Origin: an uncultured Streptomyces sp.
GTDB lineage: Bacteria; Pseudomonadota; Gammaproteobacteria; Burkholderiales; SG8-41
Length of the DNA stretch: 41,366 bases
Assembly: GCA_964625665.1 (NCBI GenBank)
Contig: CAZVDN010000003.1
Span: 1-41,366 of the forward strand
Direction of reading: 5' to 3'
This document shows positions 8,860 to 19,039 of the stretch, in pieces. The translations under genes were made by a program, and so were the position numbers. The stretch's first letter is position 1. Each line of letters starts with the position of its first letter. A model generated the notes under the pieces. The model was not told the DNA's origin, ran no database searches, and was given only the letters and a program-made list of their open reading frames with translations.

Positions 8860-11646
8860 ATGGAACTCGCAAAAAGCTTCGAACCCCAGGCCATCGAAAA
8901 CCGCTGGTATCCCGAATGGGAAAAAAGCGGCTACTTCGCGCAGTCCGGCGACACGAACTCACCCGCCTATTGCATTCAACTTCCGCCGCCCAACGTCACG
9001 GGCACGCTGCACATGGGACACGCGTTTCAGCAAACCCTGATGGATGCGCTGATCCGCTACAACCGCATGCGCGGCCACAACACGAACTGGGTCATCGGCA
9101 CCGACCATGCCGGCATCGCCACCCAGATCGTGGTCGAGCGGCAACTGGAAGCAGAAAAGAAAACGCGCCACGACCTCGGCCGCGAAGACTTCGTCAAACG
9201 CGTCTGGGAATGGAAGCAGCAGTCGGGTTCGACCATCACGCGCCAGATGCGCCGGCTCGGCGCCTCCGGAAACTGGGACTACGCCAGCTGTGACGGCCAG
9301 CGCGCCGGCTACTTCACGATGGACGAGCGCATGTCGCGCGCCGTCGCCGAAGTTTTCGTGCGCCTGCATGAAGAAGGCCTGATCTACCGCGGCAAGCGCC
9401 TCGTCAACTGGGACCCGGTGCTCGGCACCGCGGTGTCCGACCTGGAAGTGGACAGCGAAGAGGAAGACGGCAAGCTCTGGGAGATCCGCTATCCGTTCGC
9501 CGACGGCAGCGGTTCGCTGGTGGTGGCCACTACGCGTCCGGAAACCATGCTGGGCGACGTCGCCGTAGCGGTCAATCCGCAGGATGAACGCTACTCGCAA
9601 CTGGTCGGCAAACGCGTCGAGCTGCCGCTGACCGGACGCACCATTCCCGTCATCTCCGACGATTACGTCGATCGCGAATTCGGCACTGGCTGCGTGAAGA
9701 TCACGCCGGCCCACGATTTCAACGACTACGCGGTCGGCCAGCGGCACCGCCTTGAAATGATCGCGGTGTTGACGCTCGACGCCAAAATCAACGACAACTC
9801 ACCGGCCGCCTATCGCGGCATGGACCGTTTTGCCGCGCGCAAACAAATGCTCGCCGATCTTGAATCACAGGGCCTGCTGGTTTCCGAAAAGGCCTACAAG
9901 CTCCGCGTACCGCGCTCCGGGCGCACCGGCGCGATTGTCGAGCCGATGCTGACCGACCAGTGGTTCGTGCGCATGGACGGACTGGCCCAAAACGGCCTCG
10001 CTGCGGTCGCCCGCGGCGACGTGCGGTTTTTCCCCGAGCACTGGACCTCGACCTACAACCAGTGGCTGGAAAACATCCAGGACTGGTGCATTTCGCGCCA
10101 GCTCTGGTGGGGGCACCAGATTCCCGCGTGGTATGCCGACGACGGGCGGATTTTCGTCGCTCGCAGCGAAGCGGAAGCCCAGGCGCAGGCAGCGACCGAT
10201 GGCTATACCGGTGCGCTCAAGCGCGACGAAGACGTGCTCGACACCTGGTTCTCTTCCGCGCTGGTGCCTTTCACCTCGCTCGGCTGGCCGGAAAAAACCA
10301 AAGACCTCGACGTCTTCCTGCCGTCATCCGTGCTGGTCACCGGCTTCGACATCATTTTCTTCTGGGTCGCGCGGATGATCATGATGACCCTTCATTTCAC
10401 CGGCAAGGTGCCGTTCCGCGATGTCTACATCAATGCCCTGGTGCGCGATGCCGAGGGCCAGAAGATGTCGAAATCGAAAGGCAACACGCTTGACCCGCTT
10501 GACCTCATCGACGGCATTGAACTCGACGCCCTGCTCGAAAAATCGACGGTCGGACTGCTGCGCGCCGAACACAAGGAAAAAATCGGCAAATATGTGCGCA
10601 AGAACTATCCGGACGGCATCCCGGCATTCGGTGTTGATGCCTTGCGCTTCACCTTCGCCTCGCTGGCCACCTTTGCGCGCACGCTGAACTTCGATCTGAA
10701 CCGCTGCGAGGGCTATCGCAATTTCTGCAACAAGCTGTGGAACGCCACACGCTTCGTGCTGATGAATTGCGACGGCAAAGATGTGGGGCTCGACGAGTCA
10801 CTGCCGCTCGAATATTCGGCGGTAGACCAGTGGATCATCGGCCGGCTGCAGGACGCCGAGCTGGAAGTCGAAAAAGGCTTTGCCGAATACCGGTTCGACA
10901 ATGCGGCGCGCGCGATTTATGAATTTGTCTGGGACGAGTACTGCGACTGGTACGTGGAGCTGGCAAAGGTGCAGATCGGTGCCGGCAACGAGGCCCAGCA
11001 GCGCGCCACGCGTCGCACGCTGGTGCGGGTGCTGGAGGCGGTGCTGCGCCTTGCCCACCCGATCATCCCCTTCATTACGGAAGAACTGTGGCAGACCGTG
11101 GGGCCGCTCGCCGGAAAATCGGGTGCGAGCATCATGCTGCAGCCCTACCCCGTGCACGACCCGGCAAAACGCAATGCGGCAGCGGTGGCGCAAACAGAAA
11201 CACTGAAGGCACTGGTCATGGCCTGCCGCTCGCTGCGCAGCGAAATGAACCTGGGGCCGGACAAACGCCCGCCGCTGGTCGTCGCCGGCGATCGCAGTGT
11301 CCTCGAACCGCTGGTGCCCTACCTCCAGTTCCTGGGCAAACTGGAAAGCATCTCGCTGGTTGACGGCGAACTGCCGTCCACCGACGCGCCGGTGTCCATC
11401 GTCGGCGACTACAAGCTGATGCTGAAGGTCGAAATCGACGTCGCCGCGGAACTCGCGCGCATCAAAAAGGAAATTGCCGCACAGGAAGGCCAGGCCGAAA
11501 AAGCGCGCCAGAAACTGGCCAACTCGAATTTCGTTGATCGCGCGCCGCCCGCCGTTGTCGAGCAGGAACGCGCGCGACTGTCGCAGTTTGAAGACACGCT
11601 GGCAAAACTGAACGCCCAACTGGCAAAGCTGGGCGGCAACGCCTGA
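8860..11646 (+). CDS. valS: Valine--tRNA ligase
   Basis: From [26 protein letters not shown].... Class I motifs are present: HIGH ([14 protein letters not shown]) and KMSKS ([10 protein letters not shown]), plus a C-terminal coiled coil. The track ORF starts 132 codons earlier at 8464; see findings. Confidence 0.95.
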   Translation: MELAKSFEPQAIENRWYPEWEKSGYFAQSGDTNSPAYCIQLPPPNVTGTLHMGHAFQQTLMDALIRYNRMRGHNTNWVIGTDHAGIATQIVVERQLEAEKKTRHDLGREDFVKRVWEWKQQSGSTITRQMRRLGASGNWDYASCDGQRAGYFTMDERMSRAVAEVFVRLHEEGLIYRGKRLVNWDPVLGTAVSDLEVDSEEEDGKLWEIRYPFADGSGSLVVATTRPETMLGDVAVAVNPQDERYSQLVGKRVELPLTGRTIPVISDDYVDREFGTGCVKITPAHDFNDYAVGQRHRLEMIAVLTLDAKINDNSPAAYRGMDRFAARKQMLADLESQGLLVSEKAYKLRVPRSGRTGAIVEPMLTDQWFVRMDGLAQNGLAAVARGDVRFFPEHWTSTYNQWLENIQDWCISRQLWWGHQIPAWYADDGRIFVARSEAEAQAQAATDGYTGALKRDEDVLDTWFSSALVPFTSLGWPEKTKDLDVFLPSSVLVTGFDIIFFWVARMIMMTLHFTGKVPFRDVYINALVRDAEGQKMSKSKGNTLDPLDLIDGIELDALLEKSTVGLLRAEHKEKIGKYVRKNYPDGIPAFGVDALRFTFASLATFARTLNFDLNRCEGYRNFCNKLWNATRFVLMNCDGKDVGLDESLPLEYSAVDQWIIGRLQDAELEVEKGFAEYRFDNAARAIYEFVWDEYCDWYVELAKVQIGAGNEAQQRATRRTLVRVLEAVLRLAHPIIPFITEELWQTVGPLAGKSGASIMLQPYPVHDPAKRNAAAVAQTETLKALVMACRSLRSEMNLGPDKRPPLVVAGDRSVLEPLVPYLQFLGKLESISLVDGELPSTDAPVSIVGDYKLMLKVEIDVAAELARIKKEIAAQEGQAEKARQKLANSNFVDRAPPAVVEQERARLSQFEDTLAKLNAQLAKLGGNA

Positions 11647-11659
11647 GCAGACGACCGGG

Positions 11660-11887
11660 TTATTTCTTCTTCATGAAGAAGATGAATTCGTTCTCGATGA
11701 TATCCGACGAAACAAGTTCATTGCCGGTCTGCTTGGCGAAGGCCTGAAAGTCCTTCACCGAACCGGGGTCGGTGGCACGCACCTTGAGCACCTGACCGGA
11801 CTGCATGTCGGTCAGCGACTTCTTGGTCCTGAGTATCGGCAGCGGACAATTAAGTCCGCGCGTATCGAGTTCTTTGTCAAAATTCAT
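11660..11887 (-). CDS. TusA/SirA-family sulfur carrier protein
   Basis: From the internal ATG: MNFDKELDTRGLNCPLPILRTKKSLTDMQSGQVLKVRATDPGSVKDFQAFAKQTGNELV. The conserved CPxP active-site motif (GLNCPLP) is present. The upstream 19 codons of the track ORF look like non-coding read-through. Confidence 0.8.
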   Translation of the reverse strand: MNFDKELDTRGLNCPLPILRTKKSLTDMQSGQVLKVRATDPGSVKDFQAFAKQTGNELVSSDIIENEFIFFMKKK

Positions 11888-11944
11888 GGATTTCCTCCGT
11901 CCGCCGGGCTGAACGCACCGCGCGGAACCGCATTGCAAATTCAA

Positions 11945-13243
11945 TCAAAAAACGCTGATGTTTTTATCGGCGAGCAGTTGGGACAGGCGCGTGTTCGCCA
12001 TCGAAAGCCGATCGACCAGAATCTCCAGGAAGGCGCCGTTGAAATGATGGCGCACGATTTCAGTGGCTTGGGCGAGGGCTTCGGATTTGATTTCGATCAG
12101 CGTCACGTCGGTGGATGAAGTGACGCTGGCCGAACGCTGAAACTGCTTCTTGCCGAGATAGGCCATTTCGCCGAAGCAATCCCCGGCGCGGAGCACGTTG
12201 AGCAACTTGTCCTGTTTGGTGACCTTGACCTCGCCCGCCGCAATCGTGAAGAAGGAACGGCCGATGTCGCCTTCCTTGATGACCTTGTGGTTGGGCGGAA
12301 ACTTGTGCCAGGTTGTAATGCGCAAAACCTCCCAGAGCTCGACGTCGGCGAAATTCTTGAAAAACGTGATCTGGCGCAGCACGTTGAACTTCTCGCTGTC
12401 GGGGATGTTTTTTTCCGGCTTTTGCAGATTGCCGAAAACCGCCACCAGGTCACGCGAGAGTTCCTCCCAGCTCTGATAGCGGTCGGGGGTATTTTTCTGC
12501 AGTGCGCGCGCCACAATCGCGTCGAGTTGGGGCGGAATTTCAGGGCGTGCATCGCTGGGCCGCGGCGCCTGCGCATTGATGATCTGATAGATCATTGTGT
12601 AATTGTTGTTCGCCTGAAAAGGCAGTCTTCCGGTGAGCATCTGATAGAGCACGACGCCCAGCGAAAAAATGTCGGTCTGGTGGGTCAGCGGCTGTTCCTT
12701 CACCTGCTCCGGCGACATGTAAGCCGGCGAGCCGATACCCGTGATCTGGGTCGTTTCAGTCGCCGAGGTCTGCGCAGCACCGAAGTCGGTGATCTTGATG
12801 TCGTTTTCACCCGACAACATGATATTGGCGGGCTTGATGTCGCGGTGGATGACGCCCTGCTTCGCCGCATAATCAAGCGCCTTGGTGCACTTGAACACGA
12901 TCTCGATGACCTTGTTGATCGGCAAAAGATGCTCAGGGCGCGAATACTGCTCCAGCGTGCTGCCATCGACATATTCCATGACGATGTAGCTCGCCTCGTC
13001 ATCGGCCACCGCATCGTAAATGCTGACAATGTGCGGATGCGAGAGTTTGCCGGCCAGCGATGCCTCGGTCAGGAACAGCTTTTTGTAGCGTTTCCCGTGT
13101 TCCTTGTCGCCGAGCGCCTCGGCGAAAACCACTTTGATGGCGACGTGACGGTTGACGAAGGGATCGAGAGCCTCATAGACGCAACTGGTCGCGCCCTTGC
13201 CAAGCTCACGAATGATTTCGTATTTGCCGATTTTTTTTATCAT
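11945..13243 (-). CDS. Hanks-type Ser/Thr protein kinase fused to a C-terminal cyclic-nucleotide-binding (CAP/PKA-R type) domain
   Basis: Kinase motifs: GKGATSCVY, VAIKV, HRDIKPANIML, ITDFGAA, SPAYMSPE. The C-terminal cNMP domain has an intact phosphate-binding cassette (GDCFGEMAYLGKKQFQRSASV). Confidence 0.85.
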   Translation of the reverse strand: MIKKIGKYEIIRELGKGATSCVYEALDPFVNRHVAIKVVFAEALGDKEHGKRYKKLFLTEASLAGKLSHPHIVSIYDAVADDEASYIVMEYVDGSTLEQYSRPEHLLPINKVIEIVFKCTKALDYAAKQGVIHRDIKPANIMLSGENDIKITDFGAAQTSATETTQITGIGSPAYMSPEQVKEQPLTHQTDIFSLGVVLYQMLTGRLPFQANNNYTMIYQIINAQAPRPSDARPEIPPQLDAIVARALQKNTPDRYQSWEELSRDLVAVFGNLQKPEKNIPDSEKFNVLRQITFFKNFADVELWEVLRITTWHKFPPNHKVIKEGDIGRSFFTIAAGEVKVTKQDKLLNVLRAGDCFGEMAYLGKKQFQRSASVTSSTDVTLIEIKSEALAQATEIVRHHFNGAFLEILVDRLSMANTRLSQLLADKNISVF

Positions 13244-13363
13244 TGTTAAGCCGAAAACCCGCCGCCAAGCGAACTGCCTCTATAATCAAGCAAATACAAT
13301 ACCATAAAGCGGGTTATTTGCGCGCCTGCTGAAGATCGACGGCGCCCCGGAGGAGTTTTGCGC

Positions 13364-14722
13364 ATGAAACCCGATACAACACCCGCTGCGCCGCCAGCAA
13401 ACGTCAGCTTCGCCGAAGCCTTTGTTTACTGGCTCTGGCTGGGCTGCATCAGCTTCGGCGGACCCACCGGCCAGATCGCGATCATGCATCAGGATCTGGT
13501 CGAGAAAAAACGCTGGATCTCGGAAAAGAGATTTTTGCATGCGCTGAACTACTGCATGGTATTGCCCGGCCCCGAAGCACAGCAGCTCGCCATCTATATC
13601 GGCTGGCTGATGCACAAAACCCTCGGTGGAATCATCGCCGGCACGCTCTTCGTGCTGCCCTCACTGTTTTTGCTGATCGGCCTGTCCTGGATTTACATGG
13701 CTTTCGGCGATGTGCCGGCGATCGCCGGGGTTCTGCAGGGCATCAAACCCGCCGTGATTGCCATCGTGCTGTTCGCCGCCTACCGCATCGGCACGCGCGC
13801 GCTCAAAAACCATGCGCTGTGGTCAATCGCGGGGGCTGCCTTCATCGCCATTTTTGCGTTTAACGTGCCTTTCCCCTGGATCGTGCTCGCCGCCGCAATC
13901 ATCGGCCACCTCGGCGGACGCCTGGCGCCCGGGCTGTTCGCGCTGGGTGGCGGCCACGGGGCCGCGAAAGGCGATGCCGCGCCAGCCCTGATCGATGACG
14001 AAACACCAACGCCACCGCATGCCCTGTTCACCTGGAGGCGCGTCGCCCTGGTAAGCCTATGCGGCCTCGTGCTCTGGCTGGTGCCGATCGTGGCCCTGAT
14101 CATGACTTTCGGCCTGGAACACACGCTTTCGCAAATGGCGTGGTTCTTTACCAAGGCTGCAATGCTCACGTTCGGTGGCGCCTACGCCGTATTGCCGTAT
14201 GTCTATCAGGGCGGCGTCGAACAATATCACTGGCTCAGCGCATCGCAGATGATCGACGGCCTTGCGCTCGGCGAAACGACACCGGGACCTTTGATCATGG
14301 TGGTCACCTTCATCGGTTTTGTAGGCGGCTGGACCAAACAACTGTTCGGCCCCGACAGTCTGGCCGCTGCAGGCATTGTCGCGGGCGTTGTGGTCACCTA
14401 TTTCACGTTTCTGCCCAGCTTCATCATGATTTTTCTCGGTGCGCCGTTGATCGAAACCACGCACGGCAACCTGAAATTCACCGCTCCGCTGACGGGCATC
14501 ACGGCCGCGGTGGTCGGCGTGATATTGAATCTGGCGGTCTTCTTCGCCTATCACGTGTTGTGGCCGTCGGGGTTCGGCGGCGGATTCGAGTTCCTCTCCG
14601 CGGCAATCTGTGCGGCGGCATTCGTCGCCATCTGGCACTACAAGACCGGCATCATTCCCGTTATCGCCGCCAGCGGCGCGGCAGGCCTGCTCGTTGCATT
14701 GATCAAACCACTAATGGCCTGA
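13364..14722 (+). CDS. chrA: Chromate transporter (CHR family, duplicated-domain long form)
   Basis: WLGCISFGGPTGQIAIMHQDLVEKKRWISEKRFLHALNYCMVLPGPEAQQLAIYIGW, and a second half with LTFGGAYAVLPYVYQGGVEQYHWLSASQMIDGLALGETTPGPLI. ATG 13364 is preferred over TTG 13358. Confidence 0.9.
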   Translation: MKPDTTPAAPPANVSFAEAFVYWLWLGCISFGGPTGQIAIMHQDLVEKKRWISEKRFLHALNYCMVLPGPEAQQLAIYIGWLMHKTLGGIIAGTLFVLPSLFLLIGLSWIYMAFGDVPAIAGVLQGIKPAVIAIVLFAAYRIGTRALKNHALWSIAGAAFIAIFAFNVPFPWIVLAAAIIGHLGGRLAPGLFALGGGHGAAKGDAAPALIDDETPTPPHALFTWRRVALVSLCGLVLWLVPIVALIMTFGLEHTLSQMAWFFTKAAMLTFGGAYAVLPYVYQGGVEQYHWLSASQMIDGLALGETTPGPLIMVVTFIGFVGGWTKQLFGPDSLAAAGIVAGVVVTYFTFLPSFIMIFLGAPLIETTHGNLKFTAPLTGITAAVVGVILNLAVFFAYHVLWPSGFGGGFEFLSAAICAAAFVAIWHYKTGIIPVIAASGAAGLLVALIKPLMA

Positions 14723-14725
14723 ATT

Positions 14726-16162
14726 TCACCGGCGCAGTTCTTTCTTGCCGTCGTTATCGAGCATGCGCCACTCGCGCAGGCGCGCATCGACGCTCGATTG
14801 CAGATAAAAATCCCCGTCCCCGGCTTTCTGTGCGAGCAATAGCTGCTCGATGGCCGCGCGAATATTGCCGAGCCGGAAAAGGGATTCGGCAAGCGCACGG
14901 TGCTGCAACATGCCTTTGTTCAGCGCCGCATAACATTTCGCCTGCAACTGGTAGAGGCGATGGTCCGAGGCAGAGTACTGCAGCCGGCTCTCGACCAGCT
15001 TGAGCGCCTCCTCCGGCTGGTTCACGCGCAGCAGCAGTTCAGCATAGTTATAAACCAGCGCCCTGTAGCCGGGGAAGTTCCGCAGCGCCTCGCGATAAAT
15101 GCGCAGTGCGCCGGTCAGATCTCCCGATGCGGTCAACAGCCGTGCGAATTGTGTCTCGAGAACAGGGCTCAACGGTGAAAGCATGCGCGAGGTCTGCAGT
15201 TCTTTCAGCGCCCGGCCGTAAGCCCGCGCGCGAATCAGCGCCTCGACCAGGCCGTAGCGGCTCGCCGCCTCACTCAGGTATTTGCGCTCCTTCAGGCTCT
15301 CTTCGAAAAAGCGCACGCTGTCGGCCGGAGTGTCCTGCGCTGCCTTCAGTTTTGCCCGCATCAACTGGAATTCGATGCTGTCAGGTACCTGCCGATAGGG
15401 CAGATTTTGCGCGCGGTTCTGCATGTCCGATATCCGGCTCGTGGTCAGCGGGTGCGTGCGCAGATAAGCCGGCGCGGCGGACTGATAATAACGTGTCGCA
15501 TTCAGCATGCGCTCGAAAAATACCGCCATGGCTACGGGATCGAATCCCGCTTTTTCGAGAATCTGGAATCCGACGCGATCGGCCTCCTGCTCGTTGGCAC
15601 GCGAAAAATCCAGTGAACTCTGGATGCTTCCCGCCTGCGAACCCATGATGGCCGCCTGTGAGACCTGCGAATTCGCCCGCGCGGCAAGAATCGCGATCAC
15701 CAGTCCGGCGAGCGCGGCAATCTGTGCGTCCTTCTGCGATGACAACATGCGGGCAAAATGGCGCTGCACAACGTGGCCGATTTCGTGTGACATCACACCG
15801 GCCAGTTCGGATTCGCTTTGCGCTGTCAGAATCAGCCCGGCGTTGATGCCGATAAACCCGCCGGGCAGGGCGAATGCATTCACCTGCGGGTCCTGCATCA
15901 GAAAAAAGTCGAATTCCTGCCGCGTGTCCGGACCGGCACCGACCAGTTTGTAGCCGATGGTCGTCAGGTAATCGGTGACCTCCGGGTCATCGGAATACGA
16001 CGGGTCTGTGCGCAGTTCGAGCATGATGCTCTGGCCAAGCCGCCTTTCCTGGACCGGGCCCATTTCGCTTTGCGATACGTCGCCGAGATCGGGCAGGCTT
16101 TGCCCGACCGCTGCGGGTATTGCCAGCAATGCGCATGCCAACAGTGATTGGAGTGCTTTCAC
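14726..16162 (-). CDS. M48-family periplasmic metalloprotease with C-terminal TPR domain (BepA/YfgC-like)
   Basis: Signal peptide MKALQSLLACALLAIPAAVG, zinc motif HEIGHVVQRH, and a TPR-like C-terminal half. Confidence 0.85.
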   Translation of the reverse strand: MKALQSLLACALLAIPAAVGQSLPDLGDVSQSEMGPVQERRLGQSIMLELRTDPSYSDDPEVTDYLTTIGYKLVGAGPDTRQEFDFFLMQDPQVNAFALPGGFIGINAGLILTAQSESELAGVMSHEIGHVVQRHFARMLSSQKDAQIAALAGLVIAILAARANSQVSQAAIMGSQAGSIQSSLDFSRANEQEADRVGFQILEKAGFDPVAMAVFFERMLNATRYYQSAAPAYLRTHPLTTSRISDMQNRAQNLPYRQVPDSIEFQLMRAKLKAAQDTPADSVRFFEESLKERKYLSEAASRYGLVEALIRARAYGRALKELQTSRMLSPLSPVLETQFARLLTASGDLTGALRIYREALRNFPGYRALVYNYAELLLRVNQPEEALKLVESRLQYSASDHRLYQLQAKCYAALNKGMLQHRALAESLFRLGNIRAAIEQLLLAQKAGDGDFYLQSSVDARLREWRMLDNDGKKELRR

Positions 16163-16240
16163 AGTGCTATGATAAACCCGAAGGCATGAAGTTCATAAAC
16201 CTGTGACCGGCACGCGGTCGCGGCGCAACCGGGGTTCAAT

Positions 16241-16726
16241 TTGAAAAAGCTCTCGCATTTTGATGCGCGCGGTCAGGCGCACATGGTCGATGTCGGCGCC
16301 AAACTACAGACCGAACGTGTGGCCGTTGCGCGCGGTCGCATCGAGATGAAAAAAACGACGCTCGACATGATTGCAGCGGGGAACGCAAAAAAAGGCGATG
16401 TGCTGGGTGTCGCCCGCATTGCAGCCATTCAGGGAGCCAAGCGCACGGCGGAATTGATTCCGCTGGCACACCCGCTGTCGCTCACGCGCATCGCCATCGA
16501 GTTCACCGTTGATCGAAAACGCAAGGCCGTCGAATGTGCGGCAACGGTGGCCACGCGGGACCGCACCGGGGTCGAAATGGAAGCCCTGACCGCGGTGGCG
16601 TCGGGGTTATTGACCGTCTACGACATGTGCAAAGCCGTAGACCGCGGCATGCGCATACTCGACATCGAGCTTGTTGAGAAAAAAGGCGGAAAATCAGGGC
16701 ATTGGCTCCGAAAATCGGCCGACTGA
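16241..16726 (+). CDS. moaC: Cyclic pyranopterin monophosphate synthase
   Basis: 161 aa, [19 protein letters not shown]...[31 protein letters not shown]...[29 protein letters not shown] start. Confidence 0.92.
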   Translation: MKKLSHFDARGQAHMVDVGAKLQTERVAVARGRIEMKKTTLDMIAAGNAKKGDVLGVARIAAIQGAKRTAELIPLAHPLSLTRIAIEFTVDRKRKAVECAATVATRDRTGVEMEALTAVASGLLTVYDMCKAVDRGMRILDIELVEKKGGKSGHWLRKSAD

Positions 16727-16880
16727 CGATGCTCGCCGAGCTTCCCTGGGCAACGATCTGCTGCCGTCGCTAGTAACCGGCAGTTATTTCCTACAAAGCA
16801 ATCCGTATTCGCGGTCTGCGCCGGTTTTCGCATAAAATCTCGCCCTCTCTTCAACCACAGTGGAATCGGGCGGGTCGGCC

Positions 16881-17342
16881 ATGAATTATTTGCGTAGGTC
16901 CATGATCAAGTTCCTGTTGGCGTCCTCAGCCGTTGCATCGGGCAGTCTGCTGGGTGCGCGCAACGTGTTTGCCGCGATCTGGAACAAAGCCGGATTTGAA
17001 GCGAAAACGTCCGCGGAAGCGCTGAAAACCCTCGGGGTCGGCGGTGCCGCATCCAGCCGCGACATCCTGATCACAGCACCGGAAATCGCCGAAAACGGCG
17101 CACAGGTCCCGGTCACAGTCACCAGCAAAATCGCAAACACGCAAAGCATTTCGATTGTCGTCGACAAGAATCCGTTCCCGCTTTCGAGCACCTACGAGTT
17201 TTCAAATGGCGCCGACAGCTATGTCTCGACCCGCCTGAAGATGGGCCAGACTTCCAACGTCATCGCCATTGTAAAAGCCGACGGCAAATACTTCACCGCG
17301 TCGAAAGAGATCAAGGTCACCATCGGCGGCTGCGGCGGCTGA
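16881..17342 (+). CDS. soxY: Thiosulfate-oxidation carrier protein SoxY
   Basis: Tat/Sec-like leader (MNYLRRSMIKFLLASSAVASGSLLGARNVFA), ITAPEIAENGAQVPVTV, and the diagnostic C-terminal GGCGG swinging-arm motif (KVTIGGCGG*). Confidence 0.9.
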   Translation: MNYLRRSMIKFLLASSAVASGSLLGARNVFAAIWNKAGFEAKTSAEALKTLGVGGAASSRDILITAPEIAENGAQVPVTVTSKIANTQSISIVVDKNPFPLSSTYEFSNGADSYVSTRLKMGQTSNVIAIVKADGKYFTASKEIKVTIGGCGG

Positions 17343-17381
17343 TCGATTGTTATAAACGACAACATTCGGACAGGAAAAATA

Positions 17382-17696
17382 ATGGCAGAACCGATGAAAA
17401 TCCGCGCCAAAATGGAAGGCGATGCCGCGGACGTCAAAGTCTTGATGAGCCACCCGATGGAAACAGGCCAGCGCAAAAATGAGAAGGGCGAACTCGTGCC
17501 TGTGCATTTTATCCAGAGTGTGATTGCCACCCACAACGGTAAAACCGTTCTCGATATACAGTGGAGCCAGGCCATTGCGCGTAATCCGTTTCTCGGGTTT
17601 CGCGTCAAAGGCGCCAAAGCCGGCGATAAAATCACCATCAGCTGGACAGACACGGCGGGTGACAAGAGCAGCATCGATACGACTGTTGCGGCCTGA
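17382..17696 (+). CDS. soxZ: Thiosulfate-oxidation carrier complex protein SoxZ
   Basis: 104 aa, MKIRAKMEGDAADVKVLMSHPMETGQRKNEKGELVPVHFIQ...NPFLGFRVKG. It starts 39 nt after soxY. Confidence 0.9.
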   Translation: MAEPMKIRAKMEGDAADVKVLMSHPMETGQRKNEKGELVPVHFIQSVIATHNGKTVLDIQWSQAIARNPFLGFRVKGAKAGDKITISWTDTAGDKSSIDTTVAA

Positions 17697-17738
17697 AGCA
17701 ACGTGGTTTTACAACAATACTATCTGTCGGTCCGAACG

Positions 17739-19031
17739 ATGATTTCCGGCAAAAAATCCGTCGCGGCCCTTTCAGTGCTGGCCGCGGCGTTCACTTTGTC
17801 GCACGGTTTCCCGGTACAGGCAGGCGGGATTGGGGCGCAAGCGGCACGGCAGATTGCCCCGCTCGAACTGAAGCGTTCGGCTGCGCCCGCCACCTGGCAA
17901 CGGCAAAAAGTCGACTCGCAGGGTTCCAGCTGGCCGCAGACGGATTGGGCTGGATACAGCACGCTGAAGAACACTGCAACACCGGGCCCCAACGGCGCAA
18001 TGCATATGACCACGCCCATCGATGGCGATGCTGCCAGGGGGCGTCAACTGGCTTTCGATCGCACCCGCGGCGGCAGCTGCGTTGCCTGCCATGTGATGGG
18101 CAAGGACACGCCCCCGCAGCCCGGCAATGTCGGACCTGATCTGTCATCGGTGGGCGCGACCCGCAGCGACGACTGGCTGTTCAATTACGTCTATGATCCG
18201 CGCACCTATAACGCGGCCTCAATCATGCCGCCGTGGGGCGCTCATCGCATATTCAATGTCGCCGAGATCCGCGACATCGTGGCGTTTCTGAAAACGCTCA
18301 AAACCCCGCATGCATTTGGCGATCCGCAGGAAAATCCTGTGACGCGGACACCACCGCGTGAAACCCGGGACAATCTTGATCCGACGGAAAACCCGGCGAT
18401 GTTTGCACTGGACCGCGGCAAGGAGTTGTTCGGCCGCACGGGTCCGCAGGGGAAATCTTGCACCTCCTGCCACGCAAATCCGGAACGCGCGTTCAAGCAG
18501 TGGGCGGCGCAAATGCCGCGCTTCGAGCCGCGGCTCAACAAAGTGCTCGGGGTTGAGGAATTCATTACGCGCCATGCACGCGCAACCACCGCCGCCGAAT
18601 TTCCCATGCAGGAACCGGAAAATGTTGCGCTGTCGATTTACCTTCACAATCTCGCCAACGGCACGCCGCTCAATCCTGATTTGACCTCGGCCAGCGCACG
18701 CCAGGCCGCGGCGGCGGGTCGGCTACTGATGCAGAAGAAAGTCGGGCAGCTGAATATGGCTTGCGTCGATTGCCATACGAAGGAACGTCATGCATTCAAG
18801 TGGGCGCGCGGCCAGTACTTGGTGGAATCGCGCGGCACCGTAGCGCATTTCCCCACCTGGCGCACCAGCCGGGGCGACATCTGGGACATCCGCAAGCGTT
18901 TTCAGTGGTGCAATGTTTCAGTGCGCGCCAACGATTTGCCGCCAGACGCGAAAGAATACGGGGACATTGAAATGGCGCTGGCAGAACTCAATAAAGGCGA
19001 AAAAATCAATTCGCCCGGCATACGACACTGA
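17739..19031 (+). CDS. soxXA: Apparent SoxX-SoxA fusion c-type cytochrome (three CxxCH motifs)
   Basis: Signal peptide from MISGKKSVAALSVLAAAFTL. The N-terminal SoxX-like module has GGSCVACHVMG...IMPPWG...IVAFLKTLK. The C-terminal SoxA-like module has KSCTSCHAN, MACVDCHTKE and the conserved distal Cys in RKRFQWCNVSVRAN. It is a single uninterrupted frame. Confidence 0.75.
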   Translation: MISGKKSVAALSVLAAAFTLSHGFPVQAGGIGAQAARQIAPLELKRSAAPATWQRQKVDSQGSSWPQTDWAGYSTLKNTATPGPNGAMHMTTPIDGDAARGRQLAFDRTRGGSCVACHVMGKDTPPQPGNVGPDLSSVGATRSDDWLFNYVYDPRTYNAASIMPPWGAHRIFNVAEIRDIVAFLKTLKTPHAFGDPQENPVTRTPPRETRDNLDPTENPAMFALDRGKELFGRTGPQGKSCTSCHANPERAFKQWAAQMPRFEPRLNKVLGVEEFITRHARATTAAEFPMQEPENVALSIYLHNLANGTPLNPDLTSASARQAAAAGRLLMQKKVGQLNMACVDCHTKERHAFKWARGQYLVESRGTVAHFPTWRTSRGDIWDIRKRFQWCNVSVRANDLPPDAKEYGDIEMALAELNKGEKINSPGIRH

Positions 19032-19039
19032 TCGATTGA

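Noticed and set aside
11665-11682. Perfect 18-nt palindrome TCTTCTTCATGAAGAAGA between convergent valS and the tusA-like gene; considered as a bidirectional terminator.
   Set aside because: It lies inside the tusA-like coding sequence (…IFFMKKK*). It would form only a short A/T-rich stem and has no flanking U-tract, so it is probably a coincidence of the Phe/Lys codons.
13281-13286. Perfect TATAAT hexamer upstream of chrA, considered as a promoter.
   Set aside because: There is no acceptable -35 element at 16-19 nt spacing, and an isolated hexamer in a 120-nt spacer is weak evidence. Not reported as a feature.
16758-16790. Possible terminator hairpin after moaC (CTGCCG ... CGGCAG followed by TTATTT).
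   Set aside because: The stem is only 6 bp with an 11-nt loop and an interrupted T-tract, too weak to call without energy calculation or Term-seq.
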